From an uncultured Chloroflexia bacterium (GTDB taxonomy: Bacteria > Chloroflexota > Limnocylindria > Limnocylindrales > CSP1-4), in assembly GCA_963721545.1 (NCBI GenBank), contig CAVRKB010000005.1:1432-65431 (forward strand): a DNA stretch of 64,000 nt, in the 5' to 3' direction. The notes below the pieces were generated by a model. It ran no database searches. It worked only from the letters and a program-made list of their open reading frames with translations, and was not told where the DNA came from. Position numbers and translations under genes: made by a program. Below are positions 8,188 to 16,900 of the stretch, piece by piece (position 1 is the first letter of the stretch; each line of letters opens with the position of its first letter).

Positions 8188-10981
8188 TCAGCGGTAGGCG
8201 CAGACGGTGTCGAGCGAGAACTCCTGGCCGCCGACGAGCACGACCTCGATCGGTCCCTCCAGCGTCCCGACGGCGGTCCGGTCGCCCTCGGGGTCGGCCC
8301 ACGACCAGCGGACGTCGCCGATCTGCTGCGGCGCCTCGATCAGCTCGTTGGGATAGATCTCGCTGCCGTTCACGGCGAGGTTCTCGTTGCCGCCCTGGTC
8401 CCGGAAGGCGAACTGGACCGCCGACGGCCGGAACGGCAGGCCACGCCAGTCGAAGGCGAGGTTGACGTTGTTGAAGGACAGGTAGGGTCCCTTGCCGAAG
8501 GTCGGGTTGGGCTCGGCCACCGTCGCGGTACCGAACGTCCCGTAGGCCGGATCGACGATGTACACCGGTGAGCCCTGGTCATGCGCCCGCGCGAGCGGGG
8601 CCTTGAGCACGATCCTGGTCCCGTTGTCGTCGCGAACGTAGTCGCTGACGATCGCGGTCTCGGCCCGCCGGCCGACATCGATGGTGAACGTGGTCCCGGG
8701 GGTCAGCCCGGACGCGTCGGGGACGGTGATCGATCTCCGAGCCGCGCTCCTCCGCGAACAACAGGGTGGCCAGGATCTGCGGCGACCACTGGAAGAACTC
8801 CGCGGTCACGCGCACGCCCTCCGGCGTTCGCAGGATCTCGTCGCCGGGCTGCTGCTTGCCGTCGTGGCCGTACGGCGTCCCGACCTGGAGATCGTCGAAC
8901 GTGACGCACGCCTCCGAGACCGGCGGCGGGGTGGGCGTCGGACAGCCCGTCGGGACGAGGTCGATGACGAGCGGTGCCTGGATCGTCGAACCCGACGACG
9001 CGGTCCCGGTCAGCCGCAGGGGCTCGCAGACGACGCCCTCGATCCGGAACTCGGCGGGATTCTCGACGCTCTCACCCACGCCATCGATGGCGATCCGGTA
9101 GTCGCCGACGCCGCCCGACACGTTGACCACGACCGTGCTGAACCAGGCGGGGCCGTCGAACGAGAACTCGCCATGCGTCGTCGCGATCGTCAGTGCCGGA
9201 GCCACCGTCACCCCGGCCGTCGGAGCCGGGGTCTCGATCGCGGCCGAGCTCGGTGCCGCGGTCTCGGCGGGGCCGAACAGGTCGGCGACGTAGCCTGCGG
9301 CCGGGGGTCCGAGGAGCGCCAGCAGCACGAGTCCGACCACGAGGGCGCCACCCCCGAGCAGCCAGCCAGGGGCCGAGCCTCCCCCATTCGTGTGGCCACC
9401 CCCGCCGCCGTTCCCGCCGGTTCCCTCGCCGGTGCCCGTCGCCGCCAGCCCGAACCAGCCCAGGTTGTGCAGCGTGTAGGCGGCACCCTCCGTGTCGCCG
9501 AGCGAGCGCCGCAAATCGAGGGCCTCGAGCAGGAACGGCTTGCCTTCGCCCGTGTCGCCGAGCGTCAGGGCCCGGGTGCCGAGCTCGTGGGCGGCCCATG
9601 CCCGGTCGGCGGGACGCTTCGCGACGTCGGCCGCTCGGTAGACGTCACGAGCGACGGTGCGCCACGCATCCCACAGGCCGTCAGCACCAGCCGTGGCGCG
9701 ATCGACCGGCCGAGGTCGACCGCGTCGTCGAACCGCCCGCGGCGCACCGCGTAATCGACGGCGCCCAGGAGCTCGCCGAGCTCGTCCTCGATGAATGCCG
9801 GATCGAGGACTCGCTCGTGCGCGGCGCTGGTCATGACGTCGAGATGCCGGTCGCCGATATCGGCCGCGAGGCCGGACGCGTCGTCCCGGACCAGCGCGCG
9901 GATGCCATCGGGCAGCCGCAACCGCGGACTGTTCAGGGTCAGCAGGTCGAACGAGGCAAGGGTCGCCGCGGCGGCGTCGAACCACGGTGGGTTGTCGAGG
10001 ATCCGCCGCAGCAGCCCCGGATCGTGCGTCCGACCGGGCATCGCGGCTGCCGCCGCCAGCAGGCGACGGGCATACGGATCGAGGGCCGGGCGAGCCAGGC
10101 CCCAGGCCCGTTCGAGAGCGACCGGCGGGCTCGTCGGCAGACCCGTGGCGATCGCGCCGAGGTCGGCCGCGGCCATGGCAGGGGTGAGCGAGCGCGCGGC
10201 CATCGCTCGCCCGCGATGACAAGCGCCTCGGGCCAGTCGGCGAGCAGCGAGCAGATCGTCGTCGACGTCCGACGTCTTGGGCGCGTCGCTTCCCGTGGCC
10301 AGCCCGGCCCGCGCCGACAGCAACAGGATCGAGTCGGCCCGGTCGAGCGCTCCCAGCGGCACGTCCTGCAGGTCGCCGCCGGCCGGAGCATCCCGGGTGG
10401 CAATGACGACCGCGCCCGCGGGCAGCAGGTCGGCCAGCCGCTCGAGGTCGTCGCCCGGCAAGGGAGACGTCGTCGACGATCGCGAGCGCCGCGACCTGGC
10501 CGAGCTCGCTTCGCGCCGACTCGGGCGTGACCTTGACCAGCGGCACCGTCTCCCACGCGGCGTCGTGGAGGCGCTGGGCGAGGTCGCCGAGGGACAGGGC
10601 GACGCCCGCGTCGTCGACGCCGTCGAGGCGGAGGACGCCGCCGGCGAGACCCGCCGCGGCGTCGTTCGCCGCCGCCCGCATGAGCGCCGTCCGGCCGGCC
10701 CCGCTCCCTCCGGACAGCGTAACCGGCTGTCGCGCGGCGATCGCCGCGGTCAGCCGCGCGAGCTCGGACCGGCGACCGACGAACGGGTCAGGCGGGCGCG
10801 GCGGGCCGGCGACCGGCCGTCGGGTGCGCTTCGGTTGGACGCGCTCGACGACGATCGTCCCGTGGTTGTCGTTGACGACGACGTTGTGGTCGCCCTGGAC
10901 GACCGAGCCGTCGACGTCCCCGTGCACCTGGATCTGCCGTTCGGCGGCCGTGGCCGCGATCGGCGGCGCCGCCGTCGCCAT
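8188..10981 (-). pseudogene. NLR-like STAND ATPase: N-terminal amyloid-like motif, P-loop/NB-ARC-like domain, short TPR, Gly-rich linker, TM helix, ~300-aa extracytoplasmic beta-rich domain; at least 4 frame changes as assembled
   Basis: One frame (ORF 8579..10981) carries the N-terminal motif IQVHGDVDGSVVQGDHNVVVNDNHGTIVV. That frame also holds Walker A VTLSGGSGAGRTAL and Walker B LAIVDDV. After an out-of-frame middle it holds the TPR-like segment (AAYTLHNLGWF), GGNGGGGGHTNGGG, the TM helix WLLGGGALVVGLVLLALLG and an exported domain. The NB-ARC-like middle (..LDRADSILLLSARAG..) is in ORF 9565..10461. The last 140 aa are in ORF 8188..8610. Confidence 0.7.
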
Positions 10982-10993
10982 GGATCGACGGCC

Positions 10994-11413
10994 TCAGGTC
11001 TCGTCGTCGTCGCGGATGCGGACCGTCCCGCTCGTGTCGCCGACGACCGTGTTGCCGCTTCCCTGGACGACGGAGCCGCCGACGCTCCCACCGATGCTGA
11101 TCGTGCTGACGTCGCCGGACGCCTCGCGATAGGTGCTCACCATCTGCTCCAGCTGGGCGGCGAACGCCGCGTCGGCTGCGACCAGGTCGGCGATGGCGGC
11201 TTCGAAGGCCGGCTGCTGCGTCGCCGGGTCCTGCTCGTAGCGCTCGACCGTGCGTTCCTCCTTCGGATCGGCCTTGAGCCGGTCGAGGACGGCCTGGGCG
11301 AGGGTCTGGGCGGCGTTGGATGCCGCCTCCCCGACCTGTTTGGCGACCGCGGTCGCCCCCTTCGTGAGGAAGCCGGTGACGATCGCAGCGACGGTAGCCG
11401 AGAGCGGCTCCAT
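10994..11413 (-). CDS. Small helix-rich protein with C-terminal G/V/Q/N-rich amyloid-like motif (Bell-domain-like effector candidate)
   Basis: Intact 139 aa starting at the ATG at 11413, preceded by GGAGGTG. The N-terminus MEPLSATVAAIVTGFLTKGATAVAK is hydrophobic, followed by an Ala/Gln/Glu-rich body. The C-terminus is ISIGGSVGGSVVQGSGNTVVGDTSGTVRI. Its stop lies 12 nt before the STAND ATPase start. Confidence 0.65.
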   Translation of the reverse strand: MEPLSATVAAIVTGFLTKGATAVAKQVGEAASNAAQTLAQAVLDRLKADPKEERTVERYEQDPATQQPAFEAAIADLVAADAAFAAQLEQMVSTYREASGDVSTISIGGSVGGSVVQGSGNTVVGDTSGTVRIRDDDET

Positions 11414-11539
11414 GTCCCACCTCCGTGGCACGCGCCCGACCATCGTAGCGCCCTGCGCAATGGCCACCGAGGCGCGCGTACCTGGCCGTCTTGCGGCCGG
11501 GTGGCCGGCCCTACACTGCGGCTCAGGAGGGGTGAGGCG

Positions 11540-12868
11540 ATGACGACGGACACACCACGCGACGAGGCGATCAGCCGGGTCGTGGAATCGGCGACGCGGA
11601 TGGGGGTCGAGCTCGACGCGCACGAGGCCGCCGAGTGGGTGGCCGCGATGGAGACCGAGGCCAGCGGCGGCGAGCTGGTCGTCGACGTCGACACCGGGGT
11701 CTACGGCCACCGGGTGACGATGCTCGACTTCCTGCCCGAGGACCTCGCCCGCTTCCGCGAGATGGCCACGATCGTCGGCTTCGAGGACCGGCCGCCGCAG
11801 GTGCTGACGGCGCTGTCGATCTCGGGCTCGGCGGCGCAGAGCAAGATCAACGCCTACCCGGCCGATTGCGACTTCTTCGAGCGCGTCCACATCCGCGCCG
11901 ACACGCGCCAGGAGGCGTGCGCGATCCTCGCCGACCTGATGCGCGAGAAGGCGCTGGCGACGATGGTCGGACCGACGCATCGGCTGTGGGAGGTCAAGTT
12001 CGGGTCGCATCCGGTGGCCGCCACGAAGGGTGGCAGCCCGGTCGGGGCCGGGTCGCCGATGTCGTGGACGGCCGAGGAGGTCAAGGCCGGCCAGATGGAG
12101 GTCACCCTGCCCGACGGCGCGCTGCGGGTCTACACCTGGGAGGACGCCTCGCACGAGCCCGGCTGGTGCAAGCTCGACTGGGTGATCGCCGACCGGACGC
12201 GCGGGCAGCTGGCCAACGCCAGCAACGTCCTCGACCCGACCTGGGAGGCGCCAGACGGCACGATCGTGCCGCTCGACGGCTTCCTCGACCCGTACTACCA
12301 GGAGGTCTATCTCGAGTCGGAGTCGATCCCGCTGTTCTCGAAGCTGGTCAAGGAGCTGTCGGCCGACTCGGTCGACGATTACGTCGACACGCTCGAGCAC
12401 GAGGTCTGGAAGTACACCGTCCAGGACCCCAACTACGGCAAGGCCGCGCGCCGGATGTACAACGTCTTCCGGATGAACGGGCACTACCGCGAGGCGGCCT
12501 ACATCCGCGAGCTGTTCGACGAGCCGGTCACCGCGCTGTACCAGGTCTCCGCGCTGGTCCGGACGCTCGACGATGCCGCGTCGTCGGGCGACGTGTTCGA
12601 GACCGACACGATGGTCTCGCAGGTCGACGGCCTGATCATGTCGGCGATCCAGGCGCTCGACGGGCCGGAGGAGGCCGAGATGGTCGGCCACCTGCTGCGG
12701 CTGCGCAACTCGCTCCAGGCACGCGAGGCCCGGGCCGAACGGACCGACGAGATGAGCGGCATCCAGGACGCCGCGCTCAAGGCCGTGAACACCTATTTCG
12801 AGCGGGCATTGCGCTCCGTGCCGGAGATCGAGGCCTACCTCGAGGACATCGCCAGGCGCGCGCCGTAG
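11540..12868 (+). CDS. Uncharacterised protein with Pol-beta-superfamily nucleotidyltransferase signature
   Basis: Intact 442 aa with an AGGAGG SD 6-7 nt before the ATG at 11540. The signature hG[GS]-X11-DxD reads LSISGSAAQSKINAYPADCDFFERV (G96 S97 ... D109 x D111). A later strand with an acidic residue (WCKLDWVIAD) is a candidate third carboxylate. The C-terminal half is helix-rich. Confidence 0.6.
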   Translation: MTTDTPRDEAISRVVESATRMGVELDAHEAAEWVAAMETEASGGELVVDVDTGVYGHRVTMLDFLPEDLARFREMATIVGFEDRPPQVLTALSISGSAAQSKINAYPADCDFFERVHIRADTRQEACAILADLMREKALATMVGPTHRLWEVKFGSHPVAATKGGSPVGAGSPMSWTAEEVKAGQMEVTLPDGALRVYTWEDASHEPGWCKLDWVIADRTRGQLANASNVLDPTWEAPDGTIVPLDGFLDPYYQEVYLESESIPLFSKLVKELSADSVDDYVDTLEHEVWKYTVQDPNYGKAARRMYNVFRMNGHYREAAYIRELFDEPVTALYQVSALVRTLDDAASSGDVFETDTMVSQVDGLIMSAIQALDGPEEAEMVGHLLRLRNSLQAREARAERTDEMSGIQDAALKAVNTYFERALRSVPEIEAYLEDIARRAP

Positions 12869-13094
12869 CACCCGCGAGATCTGCGGTGCCGTATCGCACC
12901 GCACCCAACGGCAGCGAACCGCAGCGGACCGGCACGCTTCGACCGCACGCGCCCCGTGGTCGCCCCCGGAGCCCGACCAAAGTACCGCTGGTTGCGGCGG
13001 CGGCCACGCATCGACACTCGCCCGGCGGGAAAGCCCGCGACCGGCGTATGCCGGCCCAGCACTCATCTTCCCGGGGGCGAGGGAGAGGACATCG

Positions 13095-13866
13095 ATGCTC
13101 ACGCGATTGCGCTCGACCTGGCTGGCCGGCGGCGGGGCGCTGCTGCTGGCCCTGTCAGTGACCGGGTTCGTGGCCGGGGCCACGCTGGTCGCCGACACCG
13201 ACCCGCTTGTCGGACCGGCTGAGCCGGTCCTGGAGACGCCCGATACCACGCTGACGTTCGAGGACGTCGATGGCGACGGTGTCGACGACGACTGCGACGA
13301 CGCCGTGGTGGCCGATCAGGTCGCCGCGGATGCCGCGAACGCCGCCGTTGACGCGAACGCCGATGGCGTCGTGTCCGTGCCGGAAGCGGCGCACAGCGAC
13401 CGCGTCGGCGGCCCGAACTGCAACCACGGCGGGTACGTGAGCCTCATCGCACAGACGTCCGGCGACGAATGCGACGACGGCGGACGCCGCCGAGGACGCG
13501 GACGAGACCGACCCCGAGGCCGGCGCGGATGAGCTGGACGAGGCCGAGACCCCGGCCGACGAGTCAGCCGACGCGTGCGCCGACGAGACCGAGGAAGCCG
13601 CGGACGAGACCGCGCCCGAGCCGGCCGTCTGCGAGACCCCGGTCGAAGAGCCGGCACCGGAAGAGGAAGCTCCGATCGACACCGCGCCGAACGCGCACGG
13701 CAAGGCCGTCTCCGAGGTCGCCAAGTCCGACGCCGTCGGTGGCAAGAACTGCAACCACGGCGGGGCGGTCAGCGAGGCCGCCAAGAAGGACCACGGCGCC
13801 AAGCAGGCCCACCTCCACGGCAAGTCTGCCGGGAAGGGCCACGGCAAGGGCCACAACAAGCCCTAG
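13095..13866 (+). pseudogene. Secreted acidic protein with duplicated VGG-x-NCNHGG-x-VS motif and His/Lys/Gly-rich tail; one frame change near 13480
   Basis: The signal/anchor is MLTRLRSTWLAGGGALLLALSVTGFVAGA, followed by TDPLVGPAEP and a D/E-rich region. The motifs are AAHSDRVGGPNCNHGGYVS and, after the frame change, VAKSDAVGGKNCNHGGAVSEAAK. The protein ends ..HLHGKSAGKGHGKGHNKP* at 13866. Confidence 0.55.
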
Positions 13867-13906
13867 CGGAACGGACCGCGGCGCCGCGCTCTGCGGCGCC
13901 GCGGGA

Positions 13907-16900
13907 TCAGAGGCGCCAGGTGATCGGTGCGCGCGGGTCCGGCGTGTAGGAACAGAACGTGCCAGTTCGTATGGTGGCATCGAGGTGCGCGCTCAACCCG
14001 TCACTGTGCTCGCCGATCCGCGTCAGCGACGAGCGGATCGCCCGGGTGACGCTGATCCGGGCACGCTCGGCCGCTGACGACGCGACGCGGTCACGACCCC
14101 CGAGTCCGAGTGCGGCGGCCAGTTCGTGGGTCAATGCGTCGGATTCCTCCTGGAGGCGCGCCGCGCGCTCGGGATCGTTCCACGCCTCGGCCTGAGCGAG
14201 CTCCTGCTGCAGTTCACGAAGCCGCTCCCGGTAGGCGGCCTTCGCCTCGGCGTCGAGGAGCGGACCGGCGTCGTCCGATCCACGCATGTCGGTCATGGAT
14301 GGATCCACGACGCCGCGTTGCTCGCTGACCGGCGCCTCGAACCTCGCGAGCTCAAGGGCGTGGACGTCGCGGCCCGGGGACTCGAGCAGTCGTGACAGGT
14401 GGCGCATCCCCTTCGCGTCGCGGACGCGGAACGTGTCGGCGCCAAACTCCAGCGTCCAGTACTCGCCCTCGCGACGGAACGTCGCCGACTCGATCGAGCC
14501 GAGGGTGACCGGGCTCGGCGCCGTGGTCGGGACCATCGTCTGGTCCGCGACCGCGGTGATCCGCTCGGCGAGCGCCATCCCGAGCGCCACCGCCGTGTCC
14601 CGGGCGGCGCGATCCAGCGCCTCGGCCCGGGCAGGATCCCCCGGAGCCCCTCGCCGCCGCAGCAGCTCGGCAAGGTCGTGCTGGGCATGGGCCGTCCATG
14701 GCCGAGCGCCCAACGCCTCGTTCAGCTCGACCGCGGCGGCCAGGTGTCGCTCCGCGTCATCGAGTCGGCCGAGGGTCGCCGCCAGCAGACCGAGATAGCG
14801 ATCGACGGCCCCCACGCTCCCCTCTGCATGTCCGATCGCGTGCCGCCCGGCGAACGGTTCGAGCTGGCCATACAGCGTCGCAGCCGCTTCGACGTCGCCC
14901 AGCAGCGCGCATGACTCGGCGGCGATGCTGATCCCGAACAGCCACTCGCTGTCGCGGTAGAACATCCGGAACTCGTCTCTCGACATCTCGTCGAAGACTT
15001 CGCGTGCCTCCACGTCACGCCCGATGTCGGCCAGGAGACAGGCCAATGCCGCCCGGTGGAGCGGGTACCACGGAAAGTCGTCGACCGACGCTCGCACGGT
15101 TGCCAGCTCCTCGCCGACCCGACCCTGCTCGCGACGGAGCAGGAAGCGCTGCATCCGGCCGGCCAATTCGTCGTCGCGCGCCGACGGCATCCGGCGCCTG
15201 GAGAGCATCCTCGGGATGAGCTCCTCCGCGAGCGCGAAATCGCCGTCGATCAACGCCAGCAGTGAGCGGGGCGCGACGCCGAGCCAAAGTTGCGCCGGTT
15301 GGCGCAACTCCTCGGCCATTCGAGTCACCGCGTCGACGGCGAGCCGGGCCTCGGTCATCCGGCTGGCCTCGCTGTAGTCCATGAACAGCATCAGGTGCGC
15401 GTCGACCAGCCGTTCGCCGTCGCCCAACGCCTCGACGATGGCGACCATCTCGGCCGCGATGGGATTGCGCTCGGCGGGGTTCTCCGGCCACCAGATGGCC
15501 CAGTATCGAGCGGCAAGGGCGTAGCTCAGCGTCGCCAGGTCGTCCAACTCCCGGGCGATCTGCACCGCCTGGAGGCTGAGGGCCGCGCTGTCATCGCGTC
15601 GGTCCGGGGAGCTCCGCCACGCGCAGGCGAGTCGGGCCAGAAGGAAGACCCGCAGGCGCCGGTCGCCACCGCCCAGCATCACCAGCGCGTCCTGCAGCAG
15701 CGGGATCAGCCGCGTGTCCCGTCCAGGTCTGGCCCACGGCAGGCGGCCGCCGTACCCGAGAGCGGCTTGCGCCAGGTGCTCGCCGGCCCCGGTCCGGCGC
15801 GCGGCGTCGGCGGCCAGGAGGTAGGTGACCCGGGCACCCTCGAAATCGCCGGCGCGCGCCTGGACCTCCCCGAGCGCCAGCAGGATCTCCGTGCGCGATC
15901 GCTCATCGGTCGCGCCGGTCAGATCCATCCCGGCGAGCGCCATGCGGTAGAGACGGTCGGCCTCTTCGTAGGCGAGCGAGCGGGCCGCCTGATCGCCGGC
16001 GCGCCGCGCATAGTCGATGGCCCTCGGTCCGACAGGCTCGCCGGCATCGGTGGCGGCACCGTCACCTTCGACCGCCTTGACGTAATGGAACGCCAGCTCG
16101 GCCAGGTGCGCGTCGATGGATGTCGGGTAGAGCGCTTCGATGACCTCGGCGACGCGTTGGTGGAGACGTGCCCGGCGCTTGGGTGACAGCTCGCCGTAGA
16201 GCGTCTCACGCACGAGGTCATGCGAGAACCGGTAGCGACCGTGCGCGCCGGCGACCGGCAGGAGCAGTCCAGCCAGGACGGCTTCATCGACGAGGTCCAT
16301 CGCGGGGTCGACGTCAAGGTCGCCGATCCGGCGCAGGACCTCCAGGCTGAATTCGGGACCGAGGGCGGCACCAAGTCCGAGGACCCGGCCGCAGCCCTTG
16401 CTGAGGTTCTCGATCCGCCGCGCGATGACGGCCCGGACCCCGGCCGGGACCACGAGCGTCAGGGACGGCAGGTCGGCGACGTCGTTGAGTCGCCCCTCGG
16501 CGGCCAGCAGGCGGACGGCTTCGCTGACGAACAGCGGGTTGCCGTTCGTCTCCCGCCAGACCGCGGCGACCAGGTGATCGCTCGGCACGGAATCCGTGGT
16601 CGAGCGAATGAACGCCTCGACTGCATCGGGCTGCAGCCCGGACAGCACCAACGACCGGGTGATCGGCTCGCGGGCGACTTCGGCCAGGGCGGCGGTCAGC
16701 GGATGATCGGGCGTCAGCACGACATCGCGGTAGGTCCCGACCAGGAGCAGCGGCATGTCCGCCATCTGGCTCGCCACGAAGCGGAGCAGCAGGATCGAGG
16801 GCGTGTCGGCCGCATGGAGGTCGTCGAGGATGACGAGCAGCGGGTGGGCGGCGGCCGCATTGCGCAGGAAGGTGGCGGTCGAGTCGAACAGCTGGAAGCG

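Noticed and set aside
8188-8610. 140-aa ORF as an independent small gene downstream of the STAND ATPase
   Set aside because: The upstream frame runs directly into it (..AEERGSEI / TVPDASGLTPGTTFTIDVGRRAETAIVSDYVRDDNGTRIVLKAPLARAHD..). There is no SD or start context, and the sequence continues the same beta-rich exodomain. I treat it as the C-terminus of 8188..10981 after a frame change.
10277-11539. N-terminal 420 aa of the 863-aa ORF 10277..12868 (plus)
   Set aside because: It is the antisense of the NLR-like and Bell-like genes and has a low-complexity Arg/Asp/Gly composition. The real start is the SD-preceded ATG at 11540.
11414-13249. 751-aa ORF 10994..13249 (minus) as a single large gene
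   Set aside because: - Only its last 139 codons (from the SD-preceded ATG at 11413) look like a protein.
- The rest is the Arg/Pro/Gly-rich antisense shadow of the well-formed plus-strand NTase-like gene.
- Stop-free antisense frames of this kind are typical of high-GC DNA.
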